From Nostoc sp. (GTDB taxonomy: Bacteria > Cyanobacteriota > Cyanobacteriia > Cyanobacteriales > Nostocaceae), in contig JBALDB010000048.1 of the NCBI GenBank assembly GCA_036918135.1, forward strand, positions 1 to 64,000: a DNA stretch of 64,000 nt, read 5' to 3'. Positions within the stretch are counted from its first letter, which is position 1. Every line of letters begins with the position of its first letter. Positions 33,101 through 42,279 of the stretch are shown one piece after another. The notes below the pieces were generated by a model, which was given only the letters and a program-made list of their open reading frames with translations, had not been told where the DNA came from and searched no databases. Made by a program: the position numbers and the translations under genes.

Positions 33101-34229
33101 CTTTCTCACGTAAGGTTTGTTCTACTTGCTTGCGTTGACTAATGTCACGAAAGAAGATATCAAGACCATCTTCACAAGGGTAGGCGTGAATATCCATCCA
33201 CAGGTCATATTTGGGTGGTAGATAATAATGATGCTCGAAGTGGACAGGAATTTGTTCTACCATCGCTTGTCGGTATTGTAGCTCAAGATTTGTGCCTACT
33301 GATGCCGACCACTCTTCCCAATACGACTTACCAATGACTTCTGGGGGAAGTTTGCCGTTAATTCGCTGTGCTGCCGCATTTTGGTGGACGATCCGCCACT
33401 CTCGGTCTAGAGTTATAAATGCATCACTCATGCTTTCTAGAGTACGCGTCACCCGCTGATTGGCTTGCTGTAATGCCGCTTGTGCTTGTTTGCGTTCGCT
33501 CAAATCAACAACAAAGCCAATAACTGTTTCTTGACCATCCTCTACGAGAACAGAACCAGCTAGAACAGGAACGCGAGAACCATCTTTGCAGATATATTCT
33601 TTCTCAAAAGGTTTACAAACTCCGGTAGTTCTCAGTTCCTCTGCTGAACGCTCACTTAAGATTAGACACTCAAGCGCAGTCATCTGGCGCAAGTCCATTT
33701 GTTTAGGGGACAAATCTTCTTGCGTGTAGCCGACCATCTCCAGAAAGGTATCATTGGCTTCGATGATACAACCGTTGAGGTCGCTAACAACGACTCCAAT
33801 GATATTAGATTCTGCGAGTCGGCTAAACCGCATTTCGCTATTTTGCAACAACTTCAAGCTTGACTCTGCTTTGCGTTTAGCAGTTTGCAATTCTGAAAAG
33901 AGGGCAGTGATTAATAAGGATACTAGGGAGAAAGTGGTTAATCGGATTAAAACCTTGAGGCTAACGATTTGCAACGAGTAGACTGGCTCAATCAGAAAGT
34001 AGAGGGCAAATATACCAGATAAAGCGATCGCTAGCATTCCCACTTCCATGCCACCATACCACGCACTAACTGCTACGGCAGCATAAAAAAAGGTAAATAC
34101 ACTCGGATCGAATACTGGTAGTAGCAGTCGCGCCATTATTGAAGCCGCTACGACTGCTAAAATCATCACGCCATAAGTTAGTAAGCTAGAGCGGCTCATC
34201 AAGAATTTTTCTAGTAATTTCACGCTCAT
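30171..34229 (-). CDS. Hybrid histidine kinase (membrane sensor, multiple PAS, GAF, HisKA, HATPase, REC)
   Basis: KDEFLAVLSHELRTPL, NLLSNAIKFT, GGLGLGL, C-terminal LLVDD...SDIGMP...HITKP. Confidence 0.95.
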   Translation of the reverse strand: MSVKLLEKFLMSRSSLLTYGVMILAVVAASIMARLLLPVFDPSVFTFFYAAVAVSAWYGGMEVGMLAIALSGIFALYFLIEPVYSLQIVSLKVLIRLTTFSLVSLLITALFSELQTAKRKAESSLKLLQNSEMRFSRLAESNIIGVVVSDLNGCIIEANDTFLEMVGYTQEDLSPKQMDLRQMTALECLILSERSAEELRTTGVCKPFEKEYICKDGSRVPVLAGSVLVEDGQETVIGFVVDLSERKQAQAALQQANQRVTRTLESMSDAFITLDREWRIVHQNAAAQRINGKLPPEVIGKSYWEEWSASVGTNLELQYRQAMVEQIPVHFEHHYYLPPKYDLWMDIHAYPCEDGLDIFFRDISQRKQVEQTLREKEERLRLANERFELAATAVNCLIYDWDIEQDRIETTEGLTRILGYSLDMAQTTRNWWRQLVHPEDLQRMEEETRVAWANGDRYAVEYRICNQAHQYVYVLDQGIVVKRDTDSNPVRVVGSTTDITARKQAEAAVRASEEQLRSFVEANVVGIVLGDVKGGIGEANDEFLRIVGYTQEDLQTGRLSWTDITPPEYLYLDELAIAEAKSKGACTPYEKEYIRKDGSRIPIVISYSLLGKSRHKSVAFILDISERQQIEKALHQSEERFQAFMDNSPAAAWITDADGRVLYLSPTYLAIFDLATNNPIGKNICQLYPAEIAQSFLDRIKTVVNTNQVVEAIESAPRTDGILGEFLMYRFPIADTSGRRLVGGVAVDITERERALRERQQAEKALQERSERLKLLSETASDLLSTERPLDLMNTLFSKLSAQMDLDFYFQYLIETHENKQKLHLVAWNGITEEVFQAIEYLEFNQGMGGLIAQERRQIVVNDVPHSNYLNADILCGLGITAYAGQPLIAQGKLLGVLAFASRTRTRFTPEETALLQATSDQVAVALERFELMASLQRRKEQLIQANRIKDEFLAVLSHELRTPLNPILGWSKMLQSKKYDQPTTTRALQTIERNAKLQTQLIEDLLDVSRILQGKLSLNIAPVNLLSAIAAALETVRLAGQAKSINLQFEILDSGLEDTNRNFASIDYNQQLDNLKSQIEVEVLAHQSCDPKFLVAGDSVRLQQVIWNLLSNAIKFTPQGGRVKISLASVDSHAQLQVCDTGKGITPDFLPYVFDYFRQADGATTRKFGGLGLGLAIVRHIVELHGGTVKAESLGEEQGATFTVLLPLIINNLNNAETDRQSDDLPNLNGLKVLLVDDERDTRELIAFILEQSGAVVTQAASAVEALQVLPNFQPNLLLSDIGMPQVDGYMLMRQIRDMPPELGGKIPAIALTAYAAEIDYQQALAAGFKQHITKPVEPAKLIRAIAKLIL

Positions 34230-34230
34230 C

Positions 34231-34486
34231 TCAAAAGTCCTCCCTTTGCTGTGCCTTTGAGAGATACTCGCTTAGTAATCTTTTCCCTGGTTCGCCCATC
34301 TTTCTCTAACATTTCTTCAATTAGCTTTAGTGCCATTCGTGAAGAAACTACAGATGCGTTTTCCCAGCGATTGACTCTTCGCAGGCAAACTCCCAACTTG
34401 GCTGCAAACTTTTTACCAGACAGAACAATTTGCTGCCGAAGTTCGCATATTGGGTCTGCAATTTTTAGTGGCTTTCCTAGTTCCAT
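34231..34486 (-). pseudogene. XRE-family HTH regulator with apparent +1 frameshift
   Basis: KFAAKLGV...VNRWEN HTH; family-like tail MGEPGKRLLSEYL lies in the shifted frame after the A run at 34301-34303. Confidence 0.6.
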
Positions 34487-35035
34487 AGTTTGCAGAGTAA
34501 GACAAGTGTCATGTTATTTGTCTCCAGCTTAAGGAAGAAATTCAACAATCATTAGTTATTCTGTATCCACAGATGAATTCCATCTTTTGGTTAAAGCCGA
34601 ATACTACTTATTAATCTTTAGTATCTACTACACAAGTAGGAATGCAGCAATACTGTTCTCCTACAGATTGCTAGAATTTCTCCAAATAAAAAAATAATAA
34701 AATAAGTGTCAAATGTATTTAAAAAATAAAATTTAAGTTTTTCAGAGATGTAATTAATAATAAGATGCTCGATAATCTTTTCAAAATTATATAATTATAT
34801 TATATTAACCTAAAAATGCCTGGATAGCACTTGAAAGTATCCTACTTCATTCTTCATTTAATATTTTATTTCTAAATCAAATCGCAAGTCATAAGTCTGA
34901 GATCCACGACTTATTCAAGAAGCCATAAATCTGGATTTTGTAGTTAATTTTACTTCTAAGGAAAGATGTCAATGGTAAATTTATAAAGCTAGAATATATG
35001 ATTAAGTAAATTATTGCCTAAATTGTATTGCTGTT

Positions 35036-36067
35036 TTGATTAATCAACACTCAGAAAATTTTCTTAATACTCAATTAGAAAAAGTACTAGCCCAAGGCTA
35101 TAAATTTAGTTGGTTTGATTGGTTTTGTCTTTGGTATCCTCCAGGCTGGCTGATTTTATTCAACCGCCACTGGCAACACTATTATCAAGATCCAGATGGT
35201 TGGAATTGGCTAGAATATGGATTATTTTTAATTCCTGGCGGATTTTATCTGGCAATGCTGAGTCGTTGGTTGCGTTTGGGTTGTCGTTCACCCCGCCAAG
35301 AAGTTGGTGAATTCGACCCGAATTATCAACAAGCTTTTCGCCAAGAAGTTCTCAGCCCTATTGTGAAATATTATTTTCAGGGAGAATTGCAACAAATCGA
35401 AAACTTGCCGCCAACAGGGCCATTAATAGTGGCGATGAATCACGCAGGAATGTGTTTTCCTTGGGACTTTTTGACTTTAGGTTATTTATTAGGTGAAGCC
35501 AGAGGGTGGAAAGTACAACCCATCGCAAATCCAGTATTATTCGAGCATCCTTGGATGATTTGGTGGTTACCATCTAAATGGTCACAAGTTTTAGGTGGTG
35601 TACGAGCACAATTAAATGATTTTGAGGCTGCGATCGCCGAAGGTAAAATTCTCTTATATGCACCTGAAGGAATACGGGGGCCTGTGAAAGGTTGGAGAAA
35701 ACGCTATCAACTGCAAAAGTTTGATGTCAGCTTTATGCAACTGAGCGATCGCTATCATATTCCCATTCTCCCAGTAGTTTGTATTGGTAGTGAATTTCTC
35801 CATCCTTGGACTATTAATTTGACCAAATTGCAACGACTAGTAAAATTACCATTCTTGCCATTATCACCTTTAATGTTTACCTTACTTCTGTTCCCTTCAA
35901 TGGGAATTTGGGCAATGAGAACTCGTTTGCGTTATTTTATTGCGCCTTTAGAATCAGTAAGATTAGACACACACTCACACAAAAAACGTACAGTAATTTA
36001 TCAACAAGCACAAAAATTGCGAGAAAAACTACAACTTCAAATCAATCAGTTTTTAGGGAAATCTTAA
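35036..36067 (+). CDS. Lysophospholipid / 1-acyl-G3P acyltransferase family protein
   Basis: NLPPTGPLIVAMNHAG...D, YAPEG, IPILPVVCIG. Confidence 0.85.
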   Translation: MINQHSENFLNTQLEKVLAQGYKFSWFDWFCLWYPPGWLILFNRHWQHYYQDPDGWNWLEYGLFLIPGGFYLAMLSRWLRLGCRSPRQEVGEFDPNYQQAFRQEVLSPIVKYYFQGELQQIENLPPTGPLIVAMNHAGMCFPWDFLTLGYLLGEARGWKVQPIANPVLFEHPWMIWWLPSKWSQVLGGVRAQLNDFEAAIAEGKILLYAPEGIRGPVKGWRKRYQLQKFDVSFMQLSDRYHIPILPVVCIGSEFLHPWTINLTKLQRLVKLPFLPLSPLMFTLLLFPSMGIWAMRTRLRYFIAPLESVRLDTHSHKKRTVIYQQAQKLREKLQLQINQFLGKS

Positions 36068-36582
36068 TAAGTAGAAGGCAGGAGGCAGAAGGTAAAACAC
36101 TCAACAGTAAAACGTTTCGCTAGTTTGGATTTTACATTTTATTTTGTCTGCTTACTTACTATAAATGACCTTGTATTAATAGCTGCTGAGAATAAGCCTA
36201 TCTCACTATTTTTAAAATCAGACATATTTCATATTTTGGCATTTTGGCACAATATTCGAGATGATTTAAAGTATTATGTTAATACATAGCTAAATTTTAA
36301 CCTTTTCACAACATATGTATGGTCATCGGACAATTTAGCTGCAAGTACTAGTTTCATATCTATTGTTTCTCATATACACAAATTCTCAAGTATTGATTGA
36401 TAAAATTCTCAGCCAAAATTAAATATACACAACCCAAAAACAATCTGACTGGCTAATATTATAAAATCAGCTTAGAATTTATTTACTCCATTCTTCGTCA
36501 AACAATCATTATTGTGACTTTAAAAGTCATTTAATTAGTAGATAATAAAAAACTATTTAAAAATCTAGTTCTCAACTCGATT

Positions 36583-37794
36583 ATGGAACATATTTCTCAA
36601 CTCACAGCCAAAATTAGAGACGAAACTGCATATCCGGATATTCTCGTTATATCCCGAATCTTCCTACCGAAAAAAGCTGTAATTGGAGAATATATGTACA
36701 ATCGCTGTCTCCAAGACCCAGAACGAGTGATTGTGCTGGCGGCTGGCTGTTCAGGAGATAAAGTATTTGACGAAGGTCAACAGTTTCCTATATACCGCTG
36801 GTGTTATCCTAAATACTGGCTTGGTGGCTATTTTGGAAGCGTTTTCAAGCCTTTGGTGAATATTGTCTGTTCGTTTGTGCTAGCAATTAAGCTTTATTTT
36901 CGCTATCACTATCGTTACATTGAGTGGGGTCACGGGTATGACTTTCCTTCAGTGTTGCTATTGAGCTATTTTTTACCAATTCGCTTTTTTATCTATGTGC
37001 ATGGGAACGATCTATTGAGTCCATTACATAACCCGGTGTGGCGATCGCTATTTAAATTAACACTTCATAGAGCCGAAGGCATTGTTTGCAACAGTTCTTA
37101 TACACAAAACTATCTCAGAACTGCTTTGCGATTAGATACCCCAACCCATGTTATCAACCCAGTAATTAGACCAGAAAAATTTGCCAATGCAACGTCAAAT
37201 AGCCTTGATGATTTACGTATGCGCGTGCGTCAAAGCTACAATATTCCTGAAACAGCAATCGTTATTCTCTCAGTAGGAAGCCTATTAAAATATAAAAGTT
37301 TCGACCGCGTGATTGATAATATTCCATTACTGCTAACTTTTGGCGTGGATGTCCACTACATACTTTGCGGTCAAGGGGCTTGTGAGCTGGAACTAAAATC
37401 TCTGGCACATCGTTTGCGGGTAGATAGACGGGTACACTTTGCAGGACATGTACCAGAGAACGAATTACCAGGTTATTATGCAGCCTGCGATATGTTTGCC
37501 ATGCTGAGTTTATTAGATCCTAAATCTCAAAATCTAGAAGGTTTTGGCATCGTTTATTTAGAAGCAAGTTACTTCGGTAAACCTATAATCGCCCCTCGTT
37601 CAGGCAGTGCTTTAGACACAGTTAAACATGAGGAAAATGGCATACTCGTGAATCCTAATTCTGGTTATGAGGTTTTTCAAGCTTTTAATCGGTTGTCCAA
37701 AGACCAACAGCTACGGGAACAGCTTGGGCGCAAAGGTAAAGAATTAGCCAACCGTAGAACCCTTCATCGTCCGCTGTACAAATCAGAAGCATAA
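36583..37794 (+). CDS. Glycosyltransferase family 4
   Basis: ILSVG..KYKSFD, EGFGIVYLEA.YFGKPII, HEENGILV. Confidence 0.9.
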   Translation: MEHISQLTAKIRDETAYPDILVISRIFLPKKAVIGEYMYNRCLQDPERVIVLAAGCSGDKVFDEGQQFPIYRWCYPKYWLGGYFGSVFKPLVNIVCSFVLAIKLYFRYHYRYIEWGHGYDFPSVLLLSYFLPIRFFIYVHGNDLLSPLHNPVWRSLFKLTLHRAEGIVCNSSYTQNYLRTALRLDTPTHVINPVIRPEKFANATSNSLDDLRMRVRQSYNIPETAIVILSVGSLLKYKSFDRVIDNIPLLLTFGVDVHYILCGQGACELELKSLAHRLRVDRRVHFAGHVPENELPGYYAACDMFAMLSLLDPKSQNLEGFGIVYLEASYFGKPIIAPRSGSALDTVKHEENGILVNPNSGYEVFQAFNRLSKDQQLREQLGRKGKELANRRTLHRPLYKSEA

Positions 37795-37822
37795 AAACAC
37801 GATTTTTTTAGATAAACATTCA

Positions 37823-37850
37823 GTAGGGGCGTACAACTGTACGCCTCTAC
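37823..37850. repeat. GTAG-type REP-like palindrome
   Basis: GTAGGGGCGTACA-AC-TGTACGCCTCTAC; related palindromes at 51151-51201 and 56378-56423. Confidence 0.7.
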
Positions 37851-38034
37851 AAACATTTAGATGTTGGTAAAATTTTAGTCTACAGAGAAAAGTTGAAATA
37901 AAGTCTGAAGGCTAAAGTCTAATTTAATAGATTAGAAAATAATGAAACTATACCGAATGTAGACATAAAAAATGATAATTCCAACGAAAATAAACAGGAC
38001 TAAAGTAGCTATTAAACTACGCCTCCTGCTATAA

Positions 38035-38247
38035 TTAACCACCACCAACAATGGTGACTACTTCTAAGCGATCGCCTGGTTGCACTGTTGTTTGTTCCCA
38101 AAACTGGCGATGTAAAATTTCGCCGTTATACTCCACCGCTACTAAACGGGGATTGAAACCCAACTTTTGAAGTAAATCGGGTAAAGGAGTTTGAGACGAA
38201 CAGCTACGGGTTTCACCATTTATCTGAACTGTAATCTCATTAGACAT
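38035..38247 (-). CDS. thiS: Sulfur carrier protein ThiS
   Basis: INGE, VAVEYNGEI, LEVVTIVGGG C-terminus. Confidence 0.97.
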   Translation of the reverse strand: MSNEITVQINGETRSCSSQTPLPDLLQKLGFNPRLVAVEYNGEILHRQFWEQTTVQPGDRLEVVTIVGGG

Positions 38248-38323
38248 AAATCTGAAGGCTAGGGATTAGGGATTGGGGACTGGGAGATCGGGAGAATAAC
38301 CAATGACAAATGACAAATGATTT

Positions 38324-39439
38324 TTAAAGTTCTGGTTTAATGCGATTGAGTTGAGAAAGTAAATATTGTGTTACTAGGGTGGGTTGTTCAGCTTGCATGA
38401 GCGATCGCACTACTGCTACACGTTTAGCTCCGGCATCGATTACATCATTAATATTATTTGCATCTATTCCCCCAATGGCAAACCAGGGAATTGAGCAATT
38501 TTTGGCAACATAACTTACATATTCTAAGCCTGCTGCTGTTTTACCTACTTTCGTGGGAGTTTCATAAACTGGCCCCACGCCGATGTAATCTACACCTTCA
38601 GCAATTGCTCGTTGCATTTCTTCTTGATTTGTGGTAGAAAGACCCACTAAACGCTGGGAACCGAGTAATTGTCGAGCAACGGTGATGGACATATCTTGTT
38701 GTCCCAGATGCACTCCATCTGCATCCACCGCTAAAGCTAAATCCACGCGATCGTTAACAATAAACAAAGCACCGTAAATGTGGCATAATTGCCGCAATTT
38801 TCTAGCTTGTTCTAGACGCAAAGAATCATCAGCGGTTTTCTCGCGGTACTGTACGAGGGTTAATCCGCCTTTGAGTGCGGCTTCCACAGTATTCAATATA
38901 GTTTCACCAGGGGAAGTAACAAGATACAAACGCGATCGCCATAATAATTGATGACGCTGATGACCCATTAAATTACTTTCTAGGGTATAAACCTGATAGC
39001 GCATCTGCTTACAAGCTTTAGCCATAGTTGGGTGATAAAGTTTGCCGTATTCTTCTAACACTCGCAATGCTTCTTCTACCCGACAAAAGTTAGCCTGCAA
39101 CACTGATTTTATACTAGCTCGTTCTTCCTCCTGAGGATGGGTTAACTCAGTCCCCGGATCGCTTGGTGTATCTCGCGCCGCCCGCAATTCGGGAGTATGC
39201 CACTGACCTACCTCTTGTCGCAAGCGCTTACATTCAAGAGTCAACTGGGCATTATTTAGCCCAAACCGACACCATTCTTCAATAATTCGCAAGCCTTCAC
39301 GAGCGCGGTCTAAATTAGCGTCTAAAATGCGGTAAACAACTTGCTGTATTTGCTCTTTTTGGCTGTATGGCTCGACCATTACAACAACCCCGTTAGTGCT
39401 TTCATCGGAATGTGAATTATCATATGTCCTAGTAACCAT
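38324..39439 (-). CDS. thiE: Thiamine-phosphate synthase (cyanobacterial long form)
   Basis: RILDANLDRAREGLR N-domain; QYREK, VNDRVD, GVHLGQQD, FAIGGI. Confidence 0.95.
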   Translation of the reverse strand: MVTRTYDNSHSDESTNGVVVMVEPYSQKEQIQQVVYRILDANLDRAREGLRIIEEWCRFGLNNAQLTLECKRLRQEVGQWHTPELRAARDTPSDPGTELTHPQEEERASIKSVLQANFCRVEEALRVLEEYGKLYHPTMAKACKQMRYQVYTLESNLMGHQRHQLLWRSRLYLVTSPGETILNTVEAALKGGLTLVQYREKTADDSLRLEQARKLRQLCHIYGALFIVNDRVDLALAVDADGVHLGQQDMSITVARQLLGSQRLVGLSTTNQEEMQRAIAEGVDYIGVGPVYETPTKVGKTAAGLEYVSYVAKNCSIPWFAIGGIDANNINDVIDAGAKRVAVVRSLMQAEQPTLVTQYLLSQLNRIKPEL

Positions 39440-40154
39440 AAGTTAATTAATTTGCTTTTTTTGAGTAAATTTTGATTATATCTACGCAAAACAACGTAGA
39501 AATAAAGCTTATGTCAAATTATCCCACGTTCCTATAAGCAGCGATCGCTGATGAGGCTACGATTTAGCACTCAGGTTAGTCAAGTATTTTACGGTAAGCG
39601 ATTGCAAAAAAGAACTGACAAAAGCGGATACAACAGAAAATCCGCAGTTAGCAGAAGTAATAGCATCACTAAACAAGACAAAAGTTATACTATTTGGGAT
39701 TTTGCCAGAGTTTAGTAAATATGCTTTTTGGCAATACATCTATGGATTTTGAATTAGTCTGACCCCGATGACATTTTAATTATTTAAATCCAATCAAGAT
39801 TGCAATTGATTAGCCACTGCAAGAAATACATAAAAAAATTCCAACGTTGCTCCCGTTGTAGCTTGATTTAGTAACTTCCAAAATTCCTCCCTGCTTGCCC
39901 CCATTGATTCCCCTGTTCTGCAACTCCAATTGTCTTGGGCTTTGCAATCATTTTATCCATCAAAAAAGCCAGAGAACAGGCGAACACCAAAAGCAACAAA
40001 GTAGCAGGAAATCCAAAAATCAAACATGCTTAGTTCTCAATTTTTTTATTAATAGTTCTGTATTAAATATCGCCAATTGGTAGAATATATGAGTAATATT
40101 ATCGGCATAATACTGTTTAAGAGTATAAGAATTTATTGATACTTCTGAGGAGTT

Positions 40155-42083
40155 GTGTTAAATATGATTCTACCTCGTGTGTTCTCTAAGTACCGTACAG
40201 TATATGATATGCCCAAAAAATCAAAGTTTCTCGAATTAACAATACTTTTAGTGTTTAAAAATACAGTATTATGTTTTACTGTATTTTTAGGGACGATAAG
40301 TATGGCGTTCTTAGCTACAAGCCTGGGTAGGGCGATCGCTCAGACGCCATCAACACTAAATTCTATACCTGTGGGTGAAAAAACTAATTCTCAGGTGAAT
40401 GTGCTGTTTGTTAATCCGAATGTTGGAAATGACAGTGCAGGCAATGGGGGCGAGTCTGCTCCTGTGAAAACGATTACCCAAGCGTTGCGATTAGCTAATG
40501 GTAATACTGTAATTATGCTTTCTCCAGGCACTTATAGCACCCAGACCGGAGAAATATTCCCCTTAATACTCAAACCAGGTGTTTCCATTCAAGGTAACCC
40601 TAGCAATCAAGGCAAGGATATTATCATTCAGGGAGGCGATGATTATCTAAGTCGCAGTTTCGGCGGTCAAAATGTCACAATTGTTGGGGCAAACCAAGCA
40701 GTACTGACTGGGGTGACAGTGACGAACTCAAATCGCCGTGGTTATGGTTTGTGGATTGAATCTAGCAATCCAGTAGTTGAGGAAAATACTTTTATAGGTA
40801 ATATCCAAGATGGAATTTCCGTCAGTGGAAACGCAGCACCTACCATTAGCAAAAATTACTTCTCTAACAATGGCGCTAATGGGATCACAATTGCTGGTAA
40901 TTCCCATCCCCAAGTGAAGGAAAATGTCTTTCACGAAACAGGCTTTGGGATTAATATTGCCCAAAATGCCGCCCCTATAATCATAAGCAATCAAATTCAG
41001 AACAATAGAGTGGGAATTGTTGTACAAGCAAATTCCCACCCAATTTTACGGAATAATATTATTCAAGATAGTAAAGAAGATGGTTTAGTAGCGATCGCTC
41101 AAGCAATGCCAGATTTAGGTAATGCATCCGAGCCTGGGGGTAATCAATTTCAAAATAATGCTCGCTACGACATTAACGCCAAGGCTGCCAAACAAGTGAT
41201 TTCTGCTGCTGGTAATAACCTAGTGAGCGATCGCATCGCTGGTAATGTAGATCTCAACGGTACAACACCACTAACAGCCGAAAATTCTCAATCCGCCCCT
41301 GTACCCAATAATGTGTTACAACAGATACCAGCATCAGGAGAAATTACTTTTTCGGCTCCTGGAGTCCCAGAAACTAGCAACACCCAAACCAGCAACAATA
41401 TTTCCGCAAATAATCTTGTTCCTGCACAATTAAACAGTCAACTGCTGCCATTGCTACCAGCGAGTGTACCGCTTTCGCCACCGATATCCAATCAACCAGC
41501 TACCTCTACCACCGGATTTCCTACTCCTACCAGTTTGTCAGCCACACAAATATCAACTAACACTCAAGTAGCAACTTCCACCCCAGGACAGCCGCCTGAG
41601 ACACCGCAGTTAAATTACGTGCAAATCGATCCCAACACGATTGAGTTTACTGCGCCTCAAGATTCATCTACTTCTGTAGCAAAGCCAGCAGTTTCTAGCA
41701 CGGATAATCAAATACAGCAGTCATCACCAATACTAGAATCTGCTACCCCAAGTAATGAACCACTATTGCCAGTTCCCGATCGCAATATCCCGATTGAGGA
41801 TACTCCCAATCTGCCAAAAGTACCAGTTGCGAGTTCTCAAACTATGTCCTATAGAGGAAATTCTGGGACACAGTATGGTATACGTTATCGTGTAGTGGTC
41901 ACATTAGTAACAGATAAGGATCGAGATTTAGTGCGCTCCCTTGCTCCTGGTGCGTTTGCCACAGTCTGGCAAGGTCAAAAAGTGATGCAAGCAGGAGTAT
42001 TTAGCAGTGAGTATAACGCTAAAGAAATGCTCAAAGCACTTTCTAATAAAGGCTTAAGAGTGATTATGGAGCCGTTGAATTAA
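40155..42083 (+). CDS. DUF1565 beta-helix protein
   Basis: LFVNP..GND...PVKTITQAL, PGTYS..TGEIFPL, parallel beta-helix repeats, C-terminal YRVVV...QAGVF. Confidence 0.85.
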   Translation: MLNMILPRVFSKYRTVYDMPKKSKFLELTILLVFKNTVLCFTVFLGTISMAFLATSLGRAIAQTPSTLNSIPVGEKTNSQVNVLFVNPNVGNDSAGNGGESAPVKTITQALRLANGNTVIMLSPGTYSTQTGEIFPLILKPGVSIQGNPSNQGKDIIIQGGDDYLSRSFGGQNVTIVGANQAVLTGVTVTNSNRRGYGLWIESSNPVVEENTFIGNIQDGISVSGNAAPTISKNYFSNNGANGITIAGNSHPQVKENVFHETGFGINIAQNAAPIIISNQIQNNRVGIVVQANSHPILRNNIIQDSKEDGLVAIAQAMPDLGNASEPGGNQFQNNARYDINAKAAKQVISAAGNNLVSDRIAGNVDLNGTTPLTAENSQSAPVPNNVLQQIPASGEITFSAPGVPETSNTQTSNNISANNLVPAQLNSQLLPLLPASVPLSPPISNQPATSTTGFPTPTSLSATQISTNTQVATSTPGQPPETPQLNYVQIDPNTIEFTAPQDSSTSVAKPAVSSTDNQIQQSSPILESATPSNEPLLPVPDRNIPIEDTPNLPKVPVASSQTMSYRGNSGTQYGIRYRVVVTLVTDKDRDLVRSLAPGAFATVWQGQKVMQAGVFSSEYNAKEMLKALSNKGLRVIMEPLN

Positions 42084-42103
42084 TTACTAATTCGTAATTC
42101 GTA

Positions 42104-42224
42104 AGGGATTACCAAGAAATAAATTATCCACTCTGGGGTGGGGCGGAAAGTCCGCCCCTTTCCACGGGCGGGCGAGACACCCACCCCACAAGAAAAGTTG
42201 TATATTTTTTATTTGTCAGTCCCT
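42104..42224. repeat. Inverted-repeat element containing a GC-rich REP-like double hairpin, flanked by ATTCGTA/TACGAAT STRRs
   Basis: AGGGATTACCAA ... TTGTCAGTCCCT ends; internal GGGGTGGGCGG...CCCACCCC. Confidence 0.6.
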
Positions 42225-42279
42225 AATTCAATTACGAATTACGAATTAGTAATTACGAATTATTTTAACTCCCACTCCC

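Noticed and set aside
39440..40154. Possible TPP riboswitch or small ORFs upstream of thiE
   Set aside because: No TPP aptamer core recognised; ORFs 39557-39739 and 39895-40083 lack support
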